From Gnetum montanum (lineage: Eukaryota; Plantae; Gnetophyta), in contig MNCI01002155.1 in NCBI GenBank assembly GCA_015680685.1, positions 249,770 through 313,769 of the forward strand: a stretch of DNA of 64,000 nucleotides, given 5' to 3'. How positions within the stretch are numbered: position 1 is the first letter of the stretch; each line of letters begins with the position of its first letter. Shown one piece after another: positions 39,480 to 50,639 of this stretch. The position numbers were made by a program, and so were the translations under genes. The notes under the pieces were generated by a model. That model was not told the DNA's origin, ran no database searches, and worked only from the letters and a program-made list of their open reading frames with translations.

Positions 39480-42400
39480 TAGCAACATGTTGTCCCCATG
39501 AATCATAATTTTCCCTCCCTCATATGGCAAGTGAATCTCTTGATGTATAGGGGATGAAACTACATGGAGCTTTACTAACCACAACATTCCTTAGATTAAG
39601 TTAAAACCAGGTGTTTCTTCAACCACTAGGAAGTTAGCAGATGTATGAAATTACTCACCAGCTACAAAATCCAAGGAAATAGAACCTCACACTACTACTT
39701 GTGAGCCATTAAATGACTTGAGTACTGAAGTAGTGGTCTCTTGGATGTTCTTGATTAGGCCTAGTTTATCAACAATGAAATATGGTATCACATTCATGGT
39801 TGCTCCATCATCCACATGAACATGATGTACCTTGTACCTACCAATATATATAGTGATAAGGAGACGAGCAAATAGCACTTATCCATTTCTAGAGTCAATC
39901 TTCACCTAACTATCATGAAAGTCAAGCATGGATTGATGCTTGTTTTCCCTAAGTAAAGCTTGCTCAATGATAGAGTGAATTGACTCTCTGTTGGTGGGCA
40001 TGTCTCTATTCATAGGGATAAGGGTCAATACTTGAGCTAGTGCATCCCTATGCATGGGAGAGATAATGACTAGGTCGTATAGGTTTGGTGATGTATTCTT
40101 TTGCTTAAGGGTCCATTTAACTTACTCCATGATTGCATGGAAATTCTTTTCCTTGGCTTGCGATTTTTTTTCCTTAGTAGTTCTAACCTCCTCCATTCTC
40201 CCTTAGGTTCATGGCTTAGGTTATGATGTATGTGCCTTGGGCCCCTTGTCCATGGATGCAGTTGATCTTAGTATAGGTCTTGGTTGATTACCTTTAGTGG
40301 GCTTATTTATTGGTTTGGCGATAGGTTTCTTTCACCACCATTGTGATGATGGTTTCTTGATAACCTCTAAATTGTGGGTCATTATAGGTGGGTTTTGATC
40401 ATGTGTTGTTGTGATCTTACTTGTTGAAAGTTGAGGAACTTGGATAACAAATGGTTTCTTAGGATTTTAAGGATTAGCAAATTGTTGATTATGTTATGAT
40501 GTTGAAGCCAATGAAGGGGGGACATGTATGATGGAAGGCTTCTTAGGGGCCGAAGGAGGTGGAACCCAAATGATGAAGGGCTTTCTTGGCTTTGTGTTTT
40601 GGGATCATGGTGGTACTCTAATGATAAACGAGTTCCTAGCGAGATCAGACCATTTGGTTTTTGTAAATGAGGCCATAGTATAGAAGTCATTGTTAGCACC
40701 TAGAGAGTTGGACTCATTCACTACCAACTTCCCATGGTTTATCATCTTCTAGATTTCATCCTTTAATTCTAGGCAAAAACCAATGTCATGACTACCTATC
40801 CAGCCTAAAGTACCTTGGTAGACTAGGATAATCTTTGGTAGCTATTGTTGGGTCTCTAGCTATGTCACAAAGATAATCATACCTCTTACAAGCTTCTTCA
40901 AATAGTTACTTATGTCATATGTAGTTTTCTTTAAGCAACTATTCTAGAAGCTCATAGGGCTTCATATGTAACCTAGTGTACTTAGATCTATCCTTTTGCC
41001 CAAAGTTTGATCTTGGTAGATTTGGAGCATAGGAAGTGGATGGTTGTAATGAGTGAGGGGATGCGTTGTGTGGGAGTGTTTCCCTCCTCTCTACTTGTTT
41101 TGGCTCTTTTGCTACTACAACCACAATTGTATGTTCTTGTTTAGTCCTATTACTATCCCTTCTTGCAAGTGGGTTTTTGTAGGCCACATAGGCTAGGTCG
41201 TTACTTGCCTCAGCTGGCTCCTTAATGTTCTTGGTTTGTGAGAAGGCTTGGCTTAGGGATTAGGGATCTAGGTAGTATAGCTTTGACTTGATAAAGTCAT
41301 TTATTACTCCCTTGTAGATGGCCAAGAGGTGTATTTTAGAGATAAGGTTCAGAAATCTTATTAAGTATTGAATTCCACCTCTAAATGAAATTTTTAACTG
41401 GTTATGTGGCCCCTACCTCACCTTCATTAGTTGATCCAATGTGGCATCTAGCTTTAAGTTGTATCTGAAGTAGTTGACAAACTAGTTAATCAAGTCTTCA
41501 AGGGAAGAGATGGAACCCCTAGACAAGGTTCGATACCAATCTAAGGCCTTTCCTTTGAGGGACATGAGGAAAATTTGTAATATCGTATGAGGCCAAGCTT
41601 ACAAGAAGAGGCATTTATACTAGAAGGTTACTAGATGTGTCTTGGGATTCCCTTCATCATTGTATTTAGTGGAGTTTTGAATAGGTAAGCCTACAAGTAA
41701 GATTATTTGAGGCACCATAGAGCTTATAGGATCATCTTGATAGCAACTTAGCACCTTGACCGACTAAGTTGTATTGGCTTTAAGTTTTTGTAGTTTTTCG
41801 TTAAGGTCTTGGATCATTTAGAAAGCTTGATCTAAGCCTTGGGGAACCCGTATAGGCTGCAGTGCTTGTGTTGATAGTTGCGGAGGGAATTGAGAGGTTT
41901 GTGACTTCGCGATAGGTTGTGGTACTAAAGGGAGAGCTTCGGTTATGGTCTTCATAGGTGGGCTAAATAAGGAGAAAGATGTTTATGTTAGGACTTAAGG
42001 CACAAAATGGACAAATGGAGTATGAGAGGCTTGCATTACTTAGGGTCTCACTGGTATGACAAAGGATGATGGTCAAGTAGACATCACCATGGCTGGGTGA
42101 ACAGAGTGAGGCTATGTATCAAAGGGTATCGATGAGAATAAGGAGGTGGATTAAGACATGGGTTGTGTCTAGTGCATGGTGATGATGGATGTGGATCCAA
42201 ACATGGTAGGATGGATAAGAGGAGAGTTGGATCTTAGGCCTTATTTCATTGATGAGGTAAGAGACATGGAGTTGGGTGTGGTTTTTTGGGAAGCTAGAGA
42301 TTAGAAGAGACTTCCATTGAAGGTGTTTGACTCCTGCTTAGGCTCAAACTCTTCTTCCTTCTCTTGACAATCCTCTAAGCTAATTTCCTCACTAAACTCA

Positions 42401-42620
42401 TCAATCTCTTTGAGTTGTGTGAGCATTTGTGTGTAGAAGTTAGTGGGGGGATTTGGTCATAGGGGGATGGGATGTATTTTTTCCCATCTTGGCGTATAAT
42501 TTTGAATTGACACTTATCATTAGATTTGAAGTGTGATATTAATAGACTAGCTTGCATCGTAGCACAATGAAAGTTGTAGAATTCCTCATTAATAATTGCA
42601 AAATCTGGGCTCTTTCCCAT
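39480..42620 (-). pseudogene. Element C gag and protease remnant
   Basis: KYNDEGNPKTHL...SLKGKALDWYRTL (~41520-41670); SHDIGFCLELKDEI*KMINHG (Tat-like knuckle, ~40730-40800); VHVDDGATMNVIP...FNGS...NFLVVE...FNLI*GMLWL...SSPIHQ (protease, ~39540-39880). Confidence 0.85.
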
Positions 42621-44479
42621 TTTCCAAAGCGACTGCCTTCATTTTATGATTGCAAGGTCTTTCGAGTCATAAACACGAACTACATCTTGGATGGATATCA
42701 TGTTCATCAAGTTAAAGGGTAGTATGGTTGATTGACTAGAATACATGGTAAAAAAGTGATAAAAATGGCTAAACGAGGTTGTGAAAGGTTAAATAAAGTG
42801 ATAATTCCAACAAGTGAAATTTAAAAATGGCTAAAAGAAGTAAAAAATGCTGAAAATGGGATCCCTACTATAAATAGTCAGTGGTTGCCAAAGGGGGTAT
42901 ACCCTCCTTACTAAATATGGTAAAGGATGGTATCAATCCCACATAAGCTAAGCTTCCTAGCTGCATGAAAGGTCAAAAAATGATAAAAATAGCCAAAATA
43001 AGTCACTATAAATGGTAACTTGGGGTAGGGATGGGGGTAGTATACCCATTTACCAAAAATGGAAAGGTGAAAAGGTTGTAACAAACTTCACCCATGTTGG
43101 CTTCCTAGCTGCCTTTTACACTAGGTGTGGTAGGGGAAAACAAGGGGATGATATGGAGAGGATTTCAAACTTTCCTATTCCAATGTTGGTGAAGGGGAGG
43201 GGGAGGTGGGGAAGCTTTGATAAGCATTGTCTTAGTTGAAAAACCAAAGTGGAAACTTTAATTTTTACAAAGGTGAGGCTTTTAAGAAATTGGCAATGTT
43301 GACCTTGTTGGAAAAAATTCATAGTAAGGGGTTTGGGTGGTCTAGGAGGAGGGGGTAACACCTTAGCTAAAGGAGGTTACACCCTTCCTAGCTAGCTTCA
43401 AAAATTCCCAACAACTGCTATGAATTTTTTTTAACCAAAACCCAAACACCCATAATGTGGGGTGTAATATCTACGTTGGCTTTTTTGTGAAAGTTTCACA
43501 ATAAGAAGGTATGAGGTTTTGGTAGGACACCATTGCTAGCTTTAAAATTTCTAGCAATTGCTATGAAATTTTCTAAAACCCAAATCACTTGCAACCTCAA
43601 CGTTGGGTTTTGGTGGCAAGGGGGATGGTTTGTAGCATTAGTTTTGTGGTAGAAAGATTGAAAAAAGAAAGGTTTAGACATAGAACTTGGGCAGAGGTCC
43701 TCCTTTTAGTGCCAAGAAACTATTGGAATTGAAAAAATTGATTATTGGAAAATCAAAAGATATAATGCAATAGCCTCAACCTTGAATCCCCAAGGCCTCC
43801 AAAAATTGGGATTCAGGGTTTGGCAAATTACCCAAGGACTTATAGAAGGACAAACAAAGTAATAAAAATGCAAATACGATTGTACATCTGAAAATGTAAA
43901 TGTACTGAAAATAAATTAATAGATCTAATTCATACATAAACTAAAATTGTAAATTTTATTTCATAAAAAAATAAAGAGATTTTAGAGATTGTGTACAAAA
44001 ATGTGCCTGGGATAGGGGGTTCACTTCAGTAGGGGTTTGGAATCCATTGTTTCACGATTTGGATGCTCCACAACTCCCAATGCTTGTGAACCATTCCTAC
44101 TCTTTGCAGCAGATCTTCAAGGGGATGTTACAAGAGGGTGTAATAATGGCTATGGGATGTAACAATTGCCCAAAAAGGGAGTTCCACACTGGGGATTCAA
44201 GAGGCTTTGTTTGTGTTCAAAGCTATTGAATGCAAAAATGCTTTCCAAAAATGCTAAAGTGTGTGTGTGCGCAAAGGAGGTGTATTTATGATGTTTGGTA
44301 CTTGGTTATATAGGATTTTGGGGCATAAATCTTGTTACAAATTAGCTTGATTATAGCTACAAATTGGCTGCAAATTTCTATTACATTTTAGGTGGGGTAG
44401 GTGCCAAAATTTGGGGGGTTACCATATATAGTAAGTGTCATACCCCCATGGCCATTCCATTTACTAAAAATAGTAATGA

Positions 44480-44900
44480 GTGGATGACATCCATGCTGGG
44501 AGGATGGCTTCTACTTTGGGAGCACATCTTTTACACTGGGTGTGAAGTTTCCATGTTGGGGAAAGTCTTCTAGGCTAGGAGTAGATCTTCCACATTGGGG
44601 GTAGATCTTCCAAGCTAGGGGGAAGTCTTCCACATTGAGCATGAAATTTCTACGCTGGGTATGAAGTTTCCACATTGGGCATGAAGTTTCCATGTTGAGC
44701 ATGAAGCCTCCACACTATGAGGAAGTCTTCTAGGCTAGGAGCAAATCTTCCATGTTTGGGGAGATCTTCTAAGCTAGGGGAAAGTCTTCCATGCTAAGCA
44801 TAAAGTTTTTATGTTGGGCATGAAATCTCCATGCTTGGGGAGGGGCATGTAAAGTTTCCATGCTGAGGGGGAATGTTGTACGGCTTCACACTAAGGGTAG
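44480..44900. repeat. ~21-bp tandem array in the LTR of C (core ttccacgctggg, decayed); second copy at ~32390-32775
   Basis: Many gtcttcca(c/t)(a/g)(c/t)t(a/g)gg units are visible in both LTR copies. Confidence 0.85.
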
Positions 44901-44977
44901 GTGAGATCTACCTCTTGCAAGTGTTTCTAGCGTAGAAAAGTGTATAGCCCCCCATAAAACCCATCAAATTTTTTTAG

Positions 44978-45319
44978 AGTAACATTTTTGGAAGAGTAAC
45001 AGAGCAACAGAAGAATGAGGATGTCAAGACTTATCGTCTGGAGCAGCAGCAGCATAAACAAATCATCTTGTCATCTATTTCAAGAATGATAAAGCAACAT
45101 AACGAGGAAATGGAAAGACACCGGCGGGAGCAGCGCAAACATGAACAAAATATGGTGAAATACTTGACAACATTGATACAGCAACAGCAACAGAAAGAGG
45201 CACAGAAACGCACAATACTACCAAAAACAGGCTTTCCTTCGATGATGACTCCCATGTTTGTAGTTTGTGCGGTTTCCGACACCGTTCTCTTATTTTCCCG
45301 CATAGGCAGACCGAATTAA
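44978..45319 (+). CDS. Candidate terminal exon or gene fragment encoding a Q/E-rich coiled-coil peptide; function unknown
   Basis: An open frame of 113 codons starts right after tttttttAG (SNIFGRVTEQQKNEDVKTYRLEQQQHKQ...EEMERHRREQRKHEQNMVKYL). It retains CpGs, unlike its flanks. Confidence 0.35.
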   Translation, partial: SNIFGRVTEQQKNEDVKTYRLEQQQHKQIILSSISRMIKQHNEEMERHRREQRKHEQNMVKYLTTLIQQQQQKEAQKRTILPKTGFPSMMTPMFVVCAVSDTVLLFSRIGRPN

Positions 45320-45797
45320 CCCTGAAACTTCCCATGTATAAGGATTGTTGAAGCTTACCCTGAAAACATTTAGATGCTTTGCTGCTTTACTTTCATCACC
45401 AGTCTCATTTGAAATCTAATAATAATACGTATTATTGTCACGGTTTGTGAAGAACTTGACCAGCTTCCTGTCTATGAGTACTTTTTTAAATATTTAGTTT
45501 ATTATTTATTGCTTTTTTCATAGGGTCATTTCATTTCACTGATAGTTTGCACTTTGCAATATCTTAATATAACTTATTGAAATGAACTTATAATTTAGAG
45601 GATGCAGTTAAACTCTCTTTCATGTATGTCTTGAACTTCTTGTAACGGAAGGTGCTTGCCTACCACTTATAAGCAACCGATACTAACTAATTTAAGATGG
45701 GTGATAGGTGTGAACTTATTGGTTCAACAATACTATATTTAAGTAAGTATAATTAATTTTCAGATTTTAAGGTGGAGGAAACTTAGAAGGGATTATC

Positions 45798-45937
45798 ATT
45801 TACAGTAATGGTAAGGTGATCATTTCTGAAGTTGAAGACCAAGATTTAGGCGCAACTACTCAAAGAGGTTAGGCGTTTGCTCATCTACCTAGACCTGCTT
45901 AGCACAATTAGTATGGCTATGGGTGATGATCCTTTGG
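45798..45937 (+). mobile_element. Au-like tRNA-derived SINE, degenerate copy 1 (B box partly deleted)
   Basis: Aligns with the copy at 46197-46354 (agtaat..taaggtg, aagttgaagac, aggc.caac.act.aaag.ggttagg, ggtgatgatccttt). Confidence 0.6.
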
Positions 45938-46196
45938 AGAGAAGTTTTGAAATTAAAATTACTAATAACCTTTTTGTATGGCTTCACATATAAATATAAC
46001 TAATTAAGATTTTTAGTATGTTTTGAAGCCTTTATACTTAAAGTTGCTTACATACAAGCCCATAACCAAGGTATCTTTACAAACTCAAAATGATTTATGA
46101 TGAATTACACACAGAGCACTAGGATGGTTTATACACAAAGTATTCTATGAAGGAATTTATCAACCGTATAATTATGAATTAAATGGGAATTGTTAT

Positions 46197-46354
46197 TTGG
46201 AGTAATACTAAGGTGCTCATTTCTCAAGTTGAAGACTTAGGTTCAAACCTAGGCACAACCACTTAAAGGGGTTAGGTTTTTGCTTACCTACCAACCCTCC
46301 CAAGATCACACTTAGCAACATGAGCATTGTGGCTTCAGGTGATGATCCTTTTTA
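46197..46354 (+). mobile_element. Au-like tRNA-derived SINE, copy 2
   Basis: A-box-like tggagtaatactaagg, B box ggttcaaacc, body accctcccaaga...gagcattgtg and a terminal poly-T after cc. This resembles the Au SINE layout as recalled, not searched. Confidence 0.65.
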
Positions 46355-47859
46355 TAACTATGCATTAAATGTTCCAAAAGAAAATTCTTAAGGCTATATT
46401 TTAAAATGAGATTTAGTTTCTTCTTAAAACTTGTAACTTGCATCGTATAAGTTATAACTTCAATCCTAATAGATTATAACTATAGGAATTTATTTTCAAA
46501 TTAGTAAAATGAAATAGCTGAAATTAAATTCTAGCTTGCAAGATTCTTAAAGACTATTTTCATTAATTTGGAAAATTTTTATTCCATCTACCATTTTTAG
46601 ATCTTAAAGTTGGTTTTCTTGACACTTTTGTAACTTTGAAATTTCTTGCTATTTTATTATGAGTACTAGAAATTTGCAATATCATAGAGATCAAACTATC
46701 ACTGTGCAATGGTTTTTTAACTATATAATGAAAATTAATTCCTCAATACCCTTCAATATTTATACATGTAATGAAACTCCAATGCTAGGCTATGGTTTCA
46801 ACTATCTAATGAAAATTTTAAAATCATATTTACATGTATGTGTTAGATATATAAACCAATTCAAATTTTATTAATTCCTCTATACTCTTCAATAGATAAA
46901 GACAAATGTCATAAAACTTTAATTCTAGACTAGCTTAATCTTTAAAGATAAATTATATTTTAGAATTGGTCAAATAACTCTTTTTAGTTTAAAAATCATC
47001 CCAAAGATTGTATTCTTTGTCATTTTTATTAAAGGTTCAACAATTTTGAATATATCAAATATATCACTAAGTGCACATCATTTTTTGTATTTGAATCAGA
47101 AGTTTTTACCTTTACACAATTTCTAAATCCTCCTTTATAATTTTCTCAAGGCTATCATCCACTCTTCATATATTTTCTTTTTTATTACAATGATCATATT
47201 TTTCCAAGATTCTTGATACTTGTTACTTGAAGCATAATTTTGCATGGTGGATCTCTATTGAACGTATTGATTTTTGTTTATTTTCAATTAGCGAATATTC
47301 TTCGTACATATAAATGAGCTTAGTCTTACAATTTTTACAATTTTTGTTCTTTGATAACTTGTTGCATATTACCTTTACATTATACTTTTCTAAAAATCAA
47401 ATTTCAATCTCTATACCTTCCTCTGTAAGAGTTTTTAAGAAATTGTTAATACTTAGTCTATGGAAGTAGTACTTTGGTTCAACATAAACATCATCGGCCT
47501 ATTAAATTCTTTAAAGTACAATTGCTAATTACATGCACACTTCTTAGCCACATACCATTTAAGTTCAGCACAATAAGACATTTCTTCTTTTCCTTTTCTA
47601 CAAACATACCTTACTTCTAAATGAATGAATTTTAACAATAAATCTATTGAAAATATTGAGAAATTAGTAAAACATGCAAAAATTATATACATTCCAAATT
47701 TATGCAGAATAGAAATATTGTTATTAGTTAGTTACAGTGTAATTCCTGGTACACATAACTAAATGAATTCATAGTAATAGCAGTGATAGACTATCATTTG
47801 ATTAATTCCAATAGATTTCATACAATAATTTTTTTCCCACTTTTGAATCTCTTTTAATA

Positions 47860-48630
47860 TATTTAAGATATCACTTACCATTTTTTCCTCATACAAGGGA
47901 TATCTCTTTGAAAAAATTAAAAGGAAATATCTTTATGGTGATTATATGCATTTAATTATAAAAATAACACAATCAACAGAATTGATTTGATGTGATAATT
48001 CATTCAAAAATCTTTGAATTCATACATCTTTACAAAATGAATTTAGTAAATACTTCATAATATGTGATGCTTTTAGCAAGTTAAAAACCGTTTCTTTTTT
48101 ATCGAATTTATCATCTTGATTTTGTAAGGGATCATAATAGCATATTTCTTGTAGTTCATTAGCTATCATTATTAGCACTCAATGGTAACAGTTATTCCTT
48201 ATTGTGATGTTTTCACAAAAGAAAGTTATGATATTATTCAAAATCATTCCTCTTCCTTGAGATAAATATGATCTGTACTCTTCAAATAATGCTATGTAAA
48301 CTTTCATTTGTCCTCTAATTTTGACGTTATGAAGTAGTAAAAATTCTATTGGATGAAATAAATAGTATGATCCTTTTTTGTTGATCTTCAATTTAATCAA
48401 GTATGAATAAAACCTAGAAATAAGATCTTCAATTTCTTTTCTTGGCCTTAAAATTACTACATTCTTTCCTTTAATTAAATTGTCATCCACATACATCAAG
48501 TATATATCCAATCATTTATTTGGGAACATCTTTTCTGCTATTTTTTTTTATCAAATTCACTAAACACATTAAACCAATCTTCCCATGTATCTTCAAAACT
48601 TGGTTTTAATATCCTCTTCTATACCTTTCA
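47860..48630 (-). pseudogene. Ulp1-like SUMO protease (peptidase C48) catalytic-domain pseudogene, probably transposon-borne
   Basis: One frame reads PNK*LDIYLM...NNCYH*VLIMI...EICYYDPL...*IQRFLNELSHQINSVDCVIFIIK, then FFQRDIPCMRKK. The H-D-Q-C catalytic pattern is present and the TGA stops sit at conserved Trp positions. Confidence 0.8.
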
Positions 48631-50639
48631 TGTTAATGTCTTTATGATAAGAAATAAAGCTGTAGTAGCTAATAGTTATGACATAGTAGCCTATGATGCA
48701 AAGTCGCATATGGAAAGTTGTACTTGTAATAGATGGTTATAAATATAGCTCACCTACCCTATTTGTGAGATCATTTGGTTAGTAGCTTAATCGAACTCTT
48801 ATAGTTTGATTTCTTATTCCTTCTAACAATCATTGGATGCATGTAGAATTAAGTCTATTGTCCAAAATCTTATTCAAGTAGATTGTACCTAAACCTAATT
48901 CATGAACCATAATAAGATTAAGATACATTTTCTTTCATTGCAATACTCTAACTTAACATAAATTTACTTCCTATTTATTTAGTTTCTAGTGCAACTTAGC
49001 ATAATATTTATATTTGTGATGCACATTAATCATATGGTAGAATGAGTGCAATCTAGCTTAAAGCATCAAAACATATTGTCTTAGTGATACCAAAAATGGT
49101 ATGCTTGATTCAACTAATAACAATGTGGCTTGGTAATCCCATTAGTTATTATGTGTATCTAGGATGTGATAAGAAACTAGAAATAGACACTCATTACCTT
49201 TAAGCTAGAATAAGATTTATATTCATTATTTTATAATTAGATGAAATGATTAATTTCTTTATTTTTACTTAGTGTAGAAATTATTATAAACATCAAATGT
49301 AATGTACCTTAACTATACTTAATCATACAAGTTAAGGATCATTATGAGTATAGTTGGAAGGACAATGACCTACAATCACTATAAACTATACTAGACATTA
49401 TGCTAACTTCATCCATGGATTACAACATAGTATATCATGATGCTTACATATTATAAGATTAGACATTGGACATACTTGTCACTTATCATTTAGTACTATT
49501 GATGAGTGGCGAGGTACCCCTACACTCAACCATACCAATACGAGCATTTCACGCATGATCCGGTCGAACTCCGCAGACGGACTAGTTGTGGTATCTAGAC
49601 AATTATCCTTAGGTCGTAGTCCATTGTCTTCCCATCTGGACTAGTGTTAACTTTGTCATGTATGGTTTAGTCCAAAGTGAGGTGTATGATGTGTTCCTAT
49701 ACTAATGCTACTCCTGGAGATAATGGAAAATAATATTAACTAAGCTAAGAGAGAGTGTGTGAGAGAATCTAAGCTAGCCTAAGTGCAATGAGTATCTATT
49801 TGTCTATCATCTGTACATACCTTGGACCTCATGCATGATTACCACTAGGATTACCAAGCACAAATCCTAGGTACGCTACTGGATTACCAAGTAGTCACAC
49901 TTAAATGCTCATGATCGAGTCATACTCATTTCACATTTAACAAGAGTTTAGGGTGAAGAGATATTAACTAAGAAAGCAATAAATAACAATTAGGTAAATA
50001 ATTAAACTAAGTGAATGCTGTAATGATGAAGTAATCTCGATCTTTATTTTTGGTCATGTGCATGTCCAAGTACGTCACACTCGAATAAGGATGCCAAACA
50101 ATTACAATCACCACACTGCAAGCATGCACTGGGAGGAAAGGGTTGAGATAAGAATTACTTAAACTTAAACACTTAAACTAAGAACTAAAAAATGCCTATC
50201 GGAACTACCTACCTCTTATTTATAGATGAGGAGATAGACTACGATATCGTGTATGCGATATCGCGGCTAGGCTAAGCTATCACGTATGCGATATCACATA
50301 TGCGATATCACAGTTAACTAAAATGGCGACTCATCATACCCCCATGACTAAATGAAAACTCCTCCTCGAGTTGCAGTGAGAACAAACTCCATTGATTATA
50401 CAATGGATAGGTATGGGATTATTGAATGGTGAGAATGGGTTTATTCCATAGTGTGGAATCAAAACAAAATTGAGACACAACACAAAGAATGCGAAAGGAA
50501 ATCCTATAGCTACAAAATTGGTGAAACTCATGTAGTTCCTGGTGGCGGTGGCTCCTCCATAGGTGCTTTCCCCTTGTCTTGTGCTCCAGGTCTTGGGACT
50601 TGATGGTGTTGAAGTATGGCCTAGAGTTTCTCCTCTTCG

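Larger units (their letters stand above)
32188..44969 (-). mobile_element. Tat/Ogre-like Gypsy element C (gag-protease, no RT/RH/INT, long repetitive 3' region); both LTRs truncated
   Basis: Direct repeats 32188-32848 and ~44283-44969; PBS tggcactaaaaggaggac (minus, ~43697-43714) next to the LTR edge at ~43721; Tat/Ogre-type gag and protease. Confidence 0.8.

Noticed and set aside
46197-46260. tRNA gene
   Set aside because: It has A/B-box-like motifs but no cloverleaf, and it continues into a SINE body and T tail.
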